64,000 nucleotides of DNA, from IMG/VR virus record IMGVR_UViG_3300045988_047309, positions 1 through 64,000 of that record; one strand, written 5' to 3'. The notes below the pieces were generated by a model. That model was not told the DNA's origin, made no database searches, and saw only the letters and a program-made list of their open reading frames with translations. Positions 38,452 to 47,920 of the stretch are shown one piece after another. This stretch comes from a virus. Each line of letters starts with the position of its first letter. The first letter of the stretch is position 1. Both the position numbers and the translations under genes were made by a program.

Positions 38452-38937
38452 ATGAATTTCGTAGAGTTTGTCGAAAAGTATCAACAGGATATGACTCCTG
38501 AACAGATGTTGAGTATAGCCAAGGCTATCGGTAAGTATCTCTCGTGCAAGTTGAGCGATGCAGAGGTGCATCATCTATGTGCGATGGTGCATGGCGTATT
38601 GAGTGAAGAACATTTTGACAAGTACTTTGCCGATGATGCTATCAGTAAGATGTGGTATGAGGATGCAGACGGAACCAGGCACACGGCACCTTTCTTTACG
38701 GACGAAGAGATAAAGGAGGTCTTCGATGAACACAAGGATGACATATCAGACTATACCATCCATGACTTGGCAGTAACCATGAATTTGCTGAGGAGCGACC
38801 ATCATGTTCTGCTGGAGCGGTACAGTGAGGATGCAGAGGAGTTGAAAGAAATGGTGGTGTTGATGGCAATAGAATACCTCCAAGACCCTGACTGTCTGTA
38901 CCCAACGAGCAAGATATGGCACAACATTAACGGATAA
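38452..38937 (+). CDS. hypothetical acidic protein
   Basis: ATG at 38452 lies downstream of a TATCTTTG box at 38414-38421. The stop is embedded in the next late box. Confidence 0.5.
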   Translation: MNFVEFVEKYQQDMTPEQMLSIAKAIGKYLSCKLSDAEVHHLCAMVHGVLSEEHFDKYFADDAISKMWYEDADGTRHTAPFFTDEEIKEVFDEHKDDISDYTIHDLAVTMNLLRSDHHVLLERYSEDAEELKEMVVLMAIEYLQDPDCLYPTSKIWHNING

Positions 38938-38969
38938 GATGATGAATTGGAAGACATAACTTATCTTTG
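38927..38969 (+). promoter_or_regulatory. late-type promoter TTAACGGATAA-N24-TATCTTTG
   Basis: Box at 38927-37 and -7 at 38962-69, upstream of the lysis cassette. Confidence 0.6.
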
Positions 38970-39000
38970 CGTATTATTAATATTTTATAAAAGATAAGTT

Positions 39001-39264
39001 ATGACTCCAAATGTACGTGAAGGATTGCAATATGGTGCAGCTATAGGAATGCTTTTGAGCGGTGTTGTGCTCACCTTCCTATCGTTCTTTCTCAACAATT
39101 ATGTAGTGTCGGAAGGCGTGCTGTGGTACGTCAGCCAGACACTGGTTTACTCAGGAGCGATATTCGGAGTAAACGTTTATTTCAAGACCAAGTTGGGCAA
39201 CTTTGAGAGCAAAGTAAAAGGAGAACTTGCAAGTATGATAAAACAAGTGAAGGAGGGTAAGTAA
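39001..39264 (+). CDS. holin candidate (87 aa, two hydrophobic helices, charged C-terminus)
   Basis: Topology, and position immediately upstream of the endolysin with a TAATG overlap. Confidence 0.6.
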   Translation: MTPNVREGLQYGAAIGMLLSGVVLTFLSFFLNNYVVSEGVLWYVSQTLVYSGAIFGVNVYFKTKLGNFESKVKGELASMIKQVKEGK

Positions 39265-39812
39265 TGAAGGTAACAAGAGAACAGGTTTTGGCTATCATGC
39301 CGAATGCAAAGGACAGGGTGGATGCTTTTCTTCCCTATATCAATGGTTATGCAGAGGTTTTTCATATTGATACTGCCCAGCGAATGGCCCACTTCCTGGC
39401 TCAGATAGCACATGAGAGTGGCGAACTGAGATACACCAAGGAACTCGGCAACAAAAACTACTTTCACAAGTATGATGTCGGGAAGTTGAAGAACATGCTC
39501 GGGAACCTGAAAGATGGAGACGGTTACAAGTATCGTGGTAGAGGATTGATTCAGATCACAGGCAGAGCCAACTATCAGGCTTTTCAGAACAGCAAGTATT
39601 GCTCTGACGATATTATGGAAAACCCCAAGCTGTTAGAGCTTCCCCTATTGGCAACCAAGAGTGCGATGTGGTGGTGGTGGAAACACGGTCTGAACAAACT
39701 GGCTGACAGTGATTGTATTGTGGCTATCACCAAGACTATCAATGGAGGGACCAACGGATTGGAATCAAGACGAAAGTTCCTTGCAAGAGCAAAGAAAGTT
39801 TTCAAAGTTTAG
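39264..39812 (+). CDS. endolysin, glycoside hydrolase family 19 (chitinase-like) type
   Basis: AHFLAQIAHESGELRYTKE, YRGRGLIQITGRANY and INGGTNGLESRR motifs. Confidence 0.85.
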   Translation: MKVTREQVLAIMPNAKDRVDAFLPYINGYAEVFHIDTAQRMAHFLAQIAHESGELRYTKELGNKNYFHKYDVGKLKNMLGNLKDGDGYKYRGRGLIQITGRANYQAFQNSKYCSDDIMENPKLLELPLLATKSAMWWWWKHGLNKLADSDCIVAITKTINGGTNGLESRRKFLARAKKVFKV

Positions 39813-39815
39813 CCT

Positions 39816-40274
39816 ATGAAGACAAAGTGGTATGATTGGCAAGTAGCACCCTGCGTGATAAGCCTCTTGTTGGCGGTGTTTCTTCTGTCGGGATGCAAAA
39901 CGAAGTACATTCCGATAGAAAAAGTTGTATATCAGAATGCGATAAAGCACGATACGCTGCATACTTCTGACAGCGTTTTCGTGCGTGATTCTGTATATCT
40001 CAGGCAAAAGGGAGATACGTGTTATCTTGACCGATGGCATGAGAAAACCGTCTTTAAGAATGTGTATATAGTAAAGGTGGATTCCTTCATGAAAAGAGAT
40101 TCCATCCCAGTGCCCTATCCAGTAGAAAAGCAACTCTCCAAATGGGAGCAGATTCAGTTGAAGTATGCAGTGTGGTCGTTTGGCGCACTCTGCATGCTGC
40201 TTATCATATTAGGTTATAAACTCTATAAAAAGATAAAGAATGGCAGATTTCACATTAACAATCAAGAAAAATGA
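39816..40274 (+). CDS. unimolecular-spanin-like protein (lipobox plus C-terminal TM)
   Basis: LLAVFLLSGC lipoprotein signal at the N-terminus and AVWSFGALCMLLIILGYKLY helix at the C-terminus. Follows the endolysin. Confidence 0.55.
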   Translation: MKTKWYDWQVAPCVISLLLAVFLLSGCKTKYIPIEKVVYQNAIKHDTLHTSDSVFVRDSVYLRQKGDTCYLDRWHEKTVFKNVYIVKVDSFMKRDSIPVPYPVEKQLSKWEQIQLKYAVWSFGALCMLLIILGYKLYKKIKNGRFHINNQEK

Positions 40275-40698
40275 CATCTATGAAGAGGTGGAGAAGACCA
40301 CTGCCTACATAGGTAAGAAGGCAACCGTAGAGGATGGCAAATCGGCTTTTGATCAGATATTCGTAACGGAAGCAGACTTGGCAATGATAGAGCGGTTCTT
40401 CAACGAGTCGTTGGATGCGCTAAGAAATGTTCTGAAACGATTTATCTCAGGAGGCTCAGGAGTAGACGGGACCATCAACTGGGAACTTGAGATGCCCAGC
40501 AGATTCGATGGCAACCTACTCGATTCCATCAATTCGTCAGCCAACTCGTTCTTGGTAAACAGTATTATCGGGAAATGGTGCGAGATAGTCGCAAACGAAA
40601 AGGCAAAAGAGTATGCGGATAACGCTGCTGCATTATTGCTCGACATCAAGGATAAAGCGTTCTACAAAAAGAAACCGGCACGAACAAAAATATCATAG
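40240..40698 (+). CDS. structural paralog 1 of 3 (152 aa)
   Basis: Shares the C-terminal ..N..I..W..I.. pattern with the next two ORFs. Confidence 0.5.
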   Translation: MADFTLTIKKNDIYEEVEKTTAYIGKKATVEDGKSAFDQIFVTEADLAMIERFFNESLDALRNVLKRFISGGSGVDGTINWELEMPSRFDGNLLDSINSSANSFLVNSIIGKWCEIVANEKAKEYADNAAALLLDIKDKAFYKKKPARTKIS

Positions 40699-40699
40699 T

Positions 40700-41203
40700 A
40701 TGGCAAGAAAGAGTTTAACGATTACGTTGTATATGAGTGAACTCATTTACGACTTTCAGAATAAGGCGTTCCTTACAGGACGCAGTAGAAGAGCTGCCAG
40801 TATGGATGCAGAGGCGGCAAGTAATATCCAGGCGAGCGATGATGACGAAGACAAGAATCAGGCATTGCGTAGCATTCAGAATGCGTACAGTCAACTGCTT
40901 GTGGAGTTGAGTGAGTCAGTTCAAACAGACACAGGTACCACTGCGTCTAACGAGTTGATAAGTGGCGATACCAATATCACCATCAACCTCTCCCTTCCAT
41001 CAAACTATCCACTCGCCTTGAAGGATGCGCTTACCAGTTCCATCCATGACTACATTATCAACAAAGCCTTGATGGACTGGTTTATCATTACCAATCCTAA
41101 CGAGTCGAAGACTTATTCAGAACTGTCGATAGCTGCTATCAAGAATCTGCATGAGACCTTTAACAGACGTGAGAGACCCAGCAGGACAGCTCCCAACGAA
41201 TAA
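40700..41203 (+). CDS. structural paralog 2 of 3
   Basis: SIHDYIINKALMDWFIITNP. Start at MARKSL, 2 nt after the upstream TAG. Confidence 0.5.
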   Translation: MARKSLTITLYMSELIYDFQNKAFLTGRSRRAASMDAEAASNIQASDDDEDKNQALRSIQNAYSQLLVELSESVQTDTGTTASNELISGDTNITINLSLPSNYPLALKDALTSSIHDYIINKALMDWFIITNPNESKTYSELSIAAIKNLHETFNRRERPSRTAPNE

Positions 41204-41217
41204 GGAAGGAGGTCATC

Positions 41218-41772
41218 ATGAAAGAATGCAGAGTATGCAACCTTGGGTACAAGGTGATGATAGAGCTTCAGAAGAAGGAGTTGATTTTTGACATCAAGAA
41301 TACGGCTGCCGTTTACGCTGATTCCATCTCCAGTTCTGTAGAAGATTCCCATTCTATCCACAACATCTACGATGTGGGCGAGGATGGCAACAGAGATAAG
41401 TTGGCAAGGATTCTTGATTCAGCAGTAGAAGACTGCAACGAAATGCTTTTCAGATATACCAAGATGGAAATGCTTGGTGGCGGTTTCGATTCCAATGAGT
41501 GGGAAGAATGTATAGGTTCGCCTACAAACGAGGAAGAAGCATACTATTTGGCGATGAGAATACCGCAGGGTTTCTCTAAGACGAGCGTACATACCATGAC
41601 GGTATATATCCATGACTACATAGTCAATCAATGCCTATACGAGTGGTTGACGATTGTTTATCCCGATGGTGCTGACAGATTCCTGGCACTTGCCGAGGAG
41701 AAGAAACAGAAGATCAAGAGCGCAAGCAATCGGTCGGCTGGCAGGGCAAGAATTACTTTGCATCCATTTTAA
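41218..41772 (+). CDS. structural paralog 3 of 3
   Basis: YIHDYIVNQCLYEWLTIVYP parallels paralog 2. Confidence 0.5.
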   Translation: MKECRVCNLGYKVMIELQKKELIFDIKNTAAVYADSISSSVEDSHSIHNIYDVGEDGNRDKLARILDSAVEDCNEMLFRYTKMEMLGGGFDSNEWEECIGSPTNEEEAYYLAMRIPQGFSKTSVHTMTVYIHDYIVNQCLYEWLTIVYPDGADRFLALAEEKKQKIKSASNRSAGRARITLHPF

Positions 41773-41793
41773 GATTTTTGATTAAGATAAAGC

Positions 41794-41826
41794 AAGGGTA
41801 GCTATCCATCACGGACTGCTACCCTT
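41794..41826. terminator. bidirectional hairpin between convergent operons
   Basis: AAGGGTAGC (41794-802) pairs with GCTACCCTT (41818-826). Confidence 0.6.
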
Positions 41827-41858
41827 TATCTATAAACATAGTGAAAAAAGAAAATTAC

Positions 41859-44780
41859 TTATCTAAGTTTGTTCTGTAATCTCTCCTGAAACGCAGTTGA
41901 CAAACCGCTTATAGATTCGTTGGGGGCAAGTTTGCCAATGAGCGCAATCCTGAAATATTTGTACGGAGAACCTACAAGGCTTCTGAGAAATATATTAACA
42001 GAAGAACTAATGTAATACCAATTAACAAGGTCGTTACTCCCGAACAGAACCATTCCACATTTCCCTGCCTGGACGCTGCTGAAATATCCTCTTGTGATGC
42101 AATCGAACATAGTCTTATAGACATCTTGCCCAAGCGTTAAAGGACGGCTGCAAAGAAAGAACGGAACACTTTCCGATGGTTCATTCACGTACACATTAAG
42201 GATTTTTCCTGCTTTGTCTGTAGCGTATGCCTCAGGATATATATTCACTCGCTTGTTGAAGACATTGTGCATGGTACCCCACATCTTGCTTTTCAAAGAG
42301 TAGACGTAAGCATAAGTGTAGTACGGATTGAAGACGATGATGCGGCTATCGTAATAGTCGTAAATCATATCTGCCTTTTCGAGATACTTACGGAAACGGA
42401 TATACTTCACGTCTGACTCGGGAATTTTACCTGTCGCAAGGAGTTTATTCGGATAGGTCTTATCCTTTGTTGAATGAGAATAAATGGATAGAAAATCGAA
42501 AGGATAATCATCCAGTGCGTCTGTTATACATACAGACTCTCTTCCCTGCTGCATCATGATGCCTCTTTCGGTAGGATAGAGGACTGCATCATCTATCTGC
42601 AAAATGCCTTTAGGGTTGGAGCAGACATCTCTATTGGATGGCTGTCGGGCAATATAGGTTCCTTCTTCGCCCAGCATCAGTACCCAAACACCTTCATCTG
42701 TAAAAGCGTAAAGTGGAGCTTCGCCAAACTGACCTTCGCTGATTGGTCGGGTGTTGGCGGCAAGAGCAAAGATAGCAGAAGAACCTACCTGAACACTATT
42801 CTTGGCAGGGAAAATTAGAGGATTCTCAGCTTCGCTGACCTTGATTAGAGAATGGTTGCTTGATGTAGTGTATTCTTTCTCTACTTTTTTATAATTGTCT
42901 GTAAACTCGGATTGGGAACTATCCTCAAAGACATTCGTTTTCGTATTTCGTACATTGCTCCACTTCTTTATGGTTGTCGTAACACTTCCTGTCGTATATG
43001 TGTAGTCTTGTAATTTATAATAATAGCGAGACATGAAAATTGGCAAGTTTTCATCATCAGGGAGTATAAAAGTCTTGTCGGTAGGCTCTGATTTGTTAGA
43101 ATTTGTTGGTTCGTCCACTCTTCCTCCAAATCCGTCCTCATAATCTGAGCCGTTTCCACGTACAGCCTCAGTTCTTCTGTTTCCACCAAGATTAACATAG
43201 TACGACATCCCCATTGTATCAGATTGGTGTAATGTCATTGTTTTCTTGAAGTAAGTATTGTCAAATGTATTGTGGAGGAACAAAGTCATCTTTGTAGCGT
43301 TACTGTCTGGATATGCTATGATAGGCGGTAACGGATATTGGAGTTTTGTTTTTTCATATATAACCTTATCTGTTCCGTTGACTGATATTGTTACTGCAAT
43401 CACAGCTTCACACATCATGCCTTTGTCGCCATTTAAATCAAGACGGTTGTTTAGATACATTTCATATTTATCTGAAAGGTTTTCTCGGAGATTTGTGTTG
43501 ATCGCAAATTTCTCTTCTACAAATGTAGAAAAAGCGTTTTTGGTAGTAGCTTTCACATTGCCAATATGTAGCCTGTTATTATAGGTATATGCAACCTTTC
43601 CTCCAAATGTTTTCTTTTTGAAGTCTGCCAATGATAGACTTTGATTAGTCTCCATAACTCTTTTGAGTTTCACAGGCTTACCGAAATCGTTGGTGTCAAT
43701 GCTTACGCTAAGGAAGAAAGACATATTATCTATTGTATTATATACCTTTTTTTGTGGCATGAAGTCCATGGCGAAACTATATACATCTTTCTCCGCCTTA
43801 GGTCCATGTAAGAAATTAGATGCGTTGTTTATCGTATGAAAAGATTCCTCAGTATTAAGAAATGATTCTGGTGTTGATAAGAAAACATCAGCTCCGATTA
43901 TTAAATCCTTTAGTTCCTCTGGAATATTGGTACTAATGGTAATTTTATGTTTGTGAGCGTTAAAGTAAGTTTTAATTTTCTTTGTTGAGTCCCTCCAAAG
44001 GAATTTGTTTGATATAAATCTTGGTGACAGAACAAATGGAGAACTGATGTTTCTATATGTCCCATCGTACATTTTTAAGGCTACAACTCCAAGCGACAAG
44101 TATTTGAATGTATATTGGTCTATCTCTTCAATTCGCTTGTTGATAATAGCGTCAATTCCTGAGAATACAATCTGCGACGCTGACGGATTCTTTGCAGTAC
44201 CGCTGGTGTTTACAAAATGTCCGTTGTCTTTCCATATTGCATCCCAGTCTTGCGTAAAGTCGCATATTACACTATAGTAGTCTTGAATAACATACGTCCC
44301 TGATTCTATGGATTTTTGATCCGTGATAGTAATGTCATATTGGAACAGAGAATCATCAAAAATATTATATTCTACGTTTTTCCAGTATGCGTATTTAGTA
44401 GAGTTGTCTCCTACAAAGCATAAGATATTCCCTATAGCAGTAACAGAGTTAACCTTGAAATCCCCCAGGTCTAACTTGTGCTTGGTCCCATCTCCTCCCT
44501 TTTCTGTCCAGTACCAGGAATAAGGCGAACCATTAGTACAATTCACGATGTAGTGTGAGTGGTTTTCGTTTTCATGCTCTGCCTTATGTACGTACCTGAT
44601 AGAGCAAGTGCTATTAGGCAGCGTGATGTTCTGCTCGGCCACTACAGGCTGGTGGATAGGGTGGAGTGCCCCATCCTCGTTGATGAGGTTGAGGCAGGTA
44701 GCCAACTCGCCATCCTGACAATTATAGTCGGATGGAGAGTTGGTGAGTCCTTTGAATATTACATCTTGTCTTGTCGCCAT
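41859..44780 (-). CDS. large structural protein (973 aa), tail / receptor-binding candidate
   Basis: Size and late-operon context only. Confidence 0.4.
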   Translation of the reverse strand: MATRQDVIFKGLTNSPSDYNCQDGELATCLNLINEDGALHPIHQPVVAEQNITLPNSTCSIRYVHKAEHENENHSHYIVNCTNGSPYSWYWTEKGGDGTKHKLDLGDFKVNSVTAIGNILCFVGDNSTKYAYWKNVEYNIFDDSLFQYDITITDQKSIESGTYVIQDYYSVICDFTQDWDAIWKDNGHFVNTSGTAKNPSASQIVFSGIDAIINKRIEEIDQYTFKYLSLGVVALKMYDGTYRNISSPFVLSPRFISNKFLWRDSTKKIKTYFNAHKHKITISTNIPEELKDLIIGADVFLSTPESFLNTEESFHTINNASNFLHGPKAEKDVYSFAMDFMPQKKVYNTIDNMSFFLSVSIDTNDFGKPVKLKRVMETNQSLSLADFKKKTFGGKVAYTYNNRLHIGNVKATTKNAFSTFVEEKFAINTNLRENLSDKYEMYLNNRLDLNGDKGMMCEAVIAVTISVNGTDKVIYEKTKLQYPLPPIIAYPDSNATKMTLFLHNTFDNTYFKKTMTLHQSDTMGMSYYVNLGGNRRTEAVRGNGSDYEDGFGGRVDEPTNSNKSEPTDKTFILPDDENLPIFMSRYYYKLQDYTYTTGSVTTTIKKWSNVRNTKTNVFEDSSQSEFTDNYKKVEKEYTTSSNHSLIKVSEAENPLIFPAKNSVQVGSSAIFALAANTRPISEGQFGEAPLYAFTDEGVWVLMLGEEGTYIARQPSNRDVCSNPKGILQIDDAVLYPTERGIMMQQGRESVCITDALDDYPFDFLSIYSHSTKDKTYPNKLLATGKIPESDVKYIRFRKYLEKADMIYDYYDSRIIVFNPYYTYAYVYSLKSKMWGTMHNVFNKRVNIYPEAYATDKAGKILNVYVNEPSESVPFFLCSRPLTLGQDVYKTMFDCITRGYFSSVQAGKCGMVLFGSNDLVNWYYISSSVNIFLRSLVGSPYKYFRIALIGKLAPNESISGLSTAFQERLQNKLR

Positions 44781-45202
44781 GTGCTCGAATTTAAGTTTGG
44801 TCGCATGATTTCGTAGTATGGCTCACCTTTGCCTGACTTGCGTGGGATGCAAGTAAGGCGAACCATTCTGTTGAGCGGAAGATTGTACTCGTCCAGGATG
44901 GCGGTGACGGAAGGACGGTCACTTCGGAACCCCACCTTCTTATGCTCCTGATTGAATTGAAGCTGAGTGAAGGCGGTGTTTGCCTTGCAAAGTTCTTCCC
45001 AGTCCTCACGCATACAGAATCCGTATGTTCCTCTGTATGATAACCTGAACACGAAGACGGAGTGATCTGTACGCTCCTTCTGTATGATATGCCTGTATAC
45101 ACCCTTAGAGAGTGTGACAGAGTTTGCTCTTCCGTCCAGTATCACAAAGTAGTTGTGATACCTGAACCCTAAGACTTTAACTATTAAATGCTTGAATTTC
45201 AT
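44759..45202 (-). CDS. hypothetical protein (147 aa), first gene of a late operon
   Basis: The ATG lies 5 nt from the -7 box, so the mRNA is probably leaderless. Confidence 0.5.
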   Translation of the reverse strand: MKFKHLIVKVLGFRYHNYFVILDGRANSVTLSKGVYRHIIQKERTDHSVFVFRLSYRGTYGFCMREDWEELCKANTAFTQLQFNQEHKKVGFRSDRPSVTAILDEYNLPLNRMVRLTCIPRKSGKGEPYYEIMRPNLNSSTWRQDKM

Positions 45203-45206
45203 AGCG

Positions 45207-45249
45207 CAAATATAATAAGTAAATTGATAAGATATTTATTATCCGTTAA
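45207..45249 (-). promoter_or_regulatory. late-type promoter TTAACGGATAA-N24-TATATTTG (minus strand)
   Basis: The plus strand shows CAAATATA at 45207-14 and TTATCCGTTAA at 45239-49, with an exact 24-nt gap. Confidence 0.6.
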
Positions 45250-45263
45250 CTTTATATCCGACA

Positions 45264-45560
45264 CTACTTGTTGGCCAGTTCCTTCGCCTCTTCAAGTGAA
45301 ATAGGCTTTCCGCTAAGAGGAATGCGGAAGTCGAACTTGGAACGGAAAGAGTAGTAGCCTACGAAATCGAAGCTCTGTTTCATGCGCTCGTCTGTGGTGA
45401 TATACTTCTTATAAGCCTCCACTTCCTTTTTAGAGCGATAGATGGTAGAGTTGACGAAATAGGAACAGGTTCCCTTGTTTGCGATAACTGCAATAAAGAA
45501 CTGTTTGCCAAGGAACTTTTCCTTGATACGTTGGATAATTGAGATTTTCTTTGTATTCAT
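45264..45560 (-). CDS. hypothetical protein (98 aa)
   Basis: Clean ORF at the distal end of the early array. Confidence 0.5.
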   Translation of the reverse strand: MNTKKISIIQRIKEKFLGKQFFIAVIANKGTCSYFVNSTIYRSKKEVEAYKKYITTDERMKQSFDFVGYYSFRSKFDFRIPLSGKPISLEEAKELANK

Positions 45561-45603
45561 ATTAAATTAGATTGATTGTTATGATGAATGCAGACAGGCT
45601 TCA

Positions 45604-45795
45604 CTATTCTATAGCGCAAGACACGATGCAATCTTCTGTGTTGATGCCACGATAGTATTCACATCGCTGGCAAGCAAGGCTGCCAACCATCAGGACCTCA
45701 TTGGTGTATCTGCCATGCATACCGAATGGGCATGGAGTGGTGTACTCGAAGTGGCCACCTACAAATTCGTTGAGATTATATTTTGGATATTTCAT
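45604..45795 (-). CDS. small Cys-rich protein (63 aa)
   Basis: CPFG...CQRCEYY...C..C pattern. ATGA overlap with the upstream gene. Confidence 0.45.
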   Translation of the reverse strand: MKYPKYNLNEFVGGHFEYTTPCPFGMHGRYTNEVLMVGSLACQRCEYYRGINTEDCIVSCAIE

Positions 45796-46352
45796 TTGGT
45801 TGTTTTGTCTATATACACTAATCTATGGTATTTAAATGTCCCAGCCAAGCTAAAGCCGCACGATTTTGGCTCAGGGCAGAATCCTCTGTAAACGCATTGA
45901 GGAACACAAGCGGATGCAAGATAAGGCTCTATTTGAGCCAACTCGTCAATCACCTTATACCATATCTCTCTTGTTTCCTTGGATGCCTTATTGCATAGTC
46001 TCAGCTTCGAGATATTGATAATCTCCTGAGCGTTGAGAGATAGCTGCAAGTTGACCAAATCATCCTGCCGCATATCGTGGCGAGATACCTTGGAACCAGT
46101 AATATCTGGTCTTGATGTAGAAACGAATGGTTGGGCATGAACGTGGCGTACAAAGTGATTGCTCACCCAGTATGGTATGCCATACATCTTAATATCAAAC
46201 TCCAATTCTCTGAGCGGTGAATGCTCGCTGAGAATCATTTGTTTCTTGAACTCATCGCTTGGCTCATGTCCTAACGATTTCTTGCCTTGCGTGAACCGAG
46301 CAGCATCAACGACACGCTGCCAGTCGGTTACTTTTGTGATTTCTATTTTCAT
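45792..46352 (-). CDS. ThyX-like (flavin-dependent thymidylate synthase fold) protein, compact and divergent
   Basis: EHSPLRELEFDIKMYGIPYWVSNHFVRHVHAQPFVSTSR aligns with ThyX [35 protein letters not shown]. The RHR triad reads RHV here. Confidence 0.55.
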   Translation of the reverse strand: MKIEITKVTDWQRVVDAARFTQGKKSLGHEPSDEFKKQMILSEHSPLRELEFDIKMYGIPYWVSNHFVRHVHAQPFVSTSRPDITGSKVSRHDMRQDDLVNLQLSLNAQEIINISKLRLCNKASKETREIWYKVIDELAQIEPYLASACVPQCVYRGFCPEPKSCGFSLAGTFKYHRLVYIDKTTK

Positions 46353-46419
46353 AGGCTACTTCTTCATATCGAATTTATTTACTTAATATAGTCAGTCGTG
46401 ATGACTTGTTGGGTGTCTT

Positions 46420-46812
46420 TTATAAATGACCATCACAAACAAAGAAATGAGTATTATCGGGGAGATTTTCAAAGTACGTTTTAATGTCACTTTCTGCCTC
46501 AAACTCCCACTTTAAGTTGTGTTCTGGAGTCTCATCTCTGATGTCATAGCATTCATAATATTGCCTCTTTCTAACTATTTTGTCATATAATTCCATATCA
46601 TCCTTAGTAAACTCACAATCCTCTTGTTCTGGATATAAAGATTCAGGATGATGTGGGAGGTTTCCTAAAAGTTCTTTTTTCGTATATACTGTAAGGTAAT
46701 CATACGAAAATGCTATTTCGGAAGGTGATTCACATAATAAATCTGGGCAGTCCTCAAAAATGTGGAACATATTCTCTATTGTTCCAACGAATAAAACTCT
46801 ACAATGTGACAT
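46420..46812 (-). CDS. hypothetical early protein (130 aa)
   Basis: Tightly packed minus-strand array. Confidence 0.5.
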   Translation of the reverse strand: MSHCRVLFVGTIENMFHIFEDCPDLLCESPSEIAFSYDYLTVYTKKELLGNLPHHPESLYPEQEDCEFTKDDMELYDKIVRKRQYYECYDIRDETPEHNLKWEFEAESDIKTYFENLPDNTHFFVCDGHL

Positions 46813-46814
46813 CG

Positions 46815-47177
46815 CTATTCTTCTTGAAGTTCTACATCATCACCAAGAACATCATTGATTTTCTTTTTGATAAACTCATCAGAAGTACTCTCCTTTATCA
46901 GAGCATCAATGTTTGGTAACTCTGCATCAACTTTGTCTTCTTGCATTTTTGAGGTAAGCATACCAATTACTAATTTCGCCCAAGGACTATTAGCTATATC
47001 TGTTAACGAATCCTTTTGAAGATCATAGGCTTTCTTCAACTCTCCGTTATCACGGAAATATCTGAGTACTTCCGTCAATGCAGCAACAAAGTTTTTGTCT
47101 GCCATCTGTTCACCCTTTGCTTCTTCCAGTTTAATCATTAGGAAGAGTAAAGATGAATGTAAATCTGTTTTGTTCAT
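46815..47177 (-). CDS. hypothetical early protein (120 aa)
   Basis: 2-nt gap to its neighbour. Confidence 0.5.
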   Translation of the reverse strand: MNKTDLHSSLLFLMIKLEEAKGEQMADKNFVAALTEVLRYFRDNGELKKAYDLQKDSLTDIANSPWAKLVIGMLTSKMQEDKVDAELPNIDALIKESTSDEFIKKKINDVLGDDVELQEE

Positions 47178-47186
47178 AAGCTATAA

Positions 47187-47387
47187 TTATTTAAGTTCTA
47201 CTGGCTCATCGTTCCAGGATAATTCTCTTCCGATGAGCTTTTCAATACTACCTTTAGGAAGTTCTACGTAGTCGTACACTCTATTTTCGTATTCGCAAAA
47301 TGTTGGCGCCCATACACAATGAAATCGTTCTGGCATTGCTTCATAGATGTATTCGTCACCATACCTATTAACTGCTACCCATGCCAT
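47187..47387 (-). CDS. hypothetical early protein (66 aa)
   Basis: Tightly packed array. Confidence 0.45.
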   Translation of the reverse strand: MAWVAVNRYGDEYIYEAMPERFHCVWAPTFCEYENRVYDYVELPKGSIEKLIGRELSWNDEPVELK

Positions 47388-47389
47388 AA

Positions 47390-47761
47390 CTATTCCTCCA
47401 ATTTTAAATCAGTTCCACTATTACGACTTTCCTTTAAGAAGTTATTAACTTCTTCCTTATAGGAGTAACCGCAATCCTTCTGTAGAGCCTTTATCTTCTT
47501 GTAACCGATACCTGCTTCTCGGCAAAGTTCTGCTGCCAAGCTATAGTTTTCGACATAGCCAATAACGTTCTGAATGACCGACCACTGACCTCGCTCGAAG
47601 TCTGTAATGCTATCATCTTTGAAACGACCTAATGCTTTATCGCACAGGCCACACACTCTTGCCATTTCTTTTATAAGCTGTTCAAAGGTGTACTGGCTCC
47701 AGTGATAAGTAAGATAGCTTGCGCTATTCAATGCTTCTTTAACTTTGTTGTCCATAAGCAA
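47390..47761 (-). CDS. hypothetical early protein (123 aa)
   Basis: Tightly packed array. Confidence 0.5.
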   Translation of the reverse strand: MLMDNKVKEALNSASYLTYHWSQYTFEQLIKEMARVCGLCDKALGRFKDDSITDFERGQWSVIQNVIGYVENYSLAAELCREAGIGYKKIKALQKDCGYSYKEEVNNFLKESRNSGTDLKLEE

Positions 47762-47774
47762 TTCCTCTTTGATT

Positions 47775-47918
47775 TTAACCTATGTAATTTTTTATTCTTC
47801 CACACTTTCTGCACTCGTCAAAATTAATTCTACCTAATTCTTTGTGGAAATATTCATGGCGGCAAGTGATATTTTGCTTCAACCATTTCTTTAAGAATAA
47901 TATTATATCTCCAATCAT
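47775..47918 (-). CDS. 47-aa zinc-ribbon-like ORF, below the ORF-track cutoff
   Basis: Translated by hand: MIGDIILFLKKWLKQNITCRHEYFHKELGRINFDECRKCGRIKNYIG. It fills the gap between neighbours (2 nt and 13 nt). Confidence 0.4.
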   Translation of the reverse strand: MIGDIILFLKKWLKQNITCRHEYFHKELGRINFDECRKCGRIKNYIG

Positions 47919-47920
47919 AA

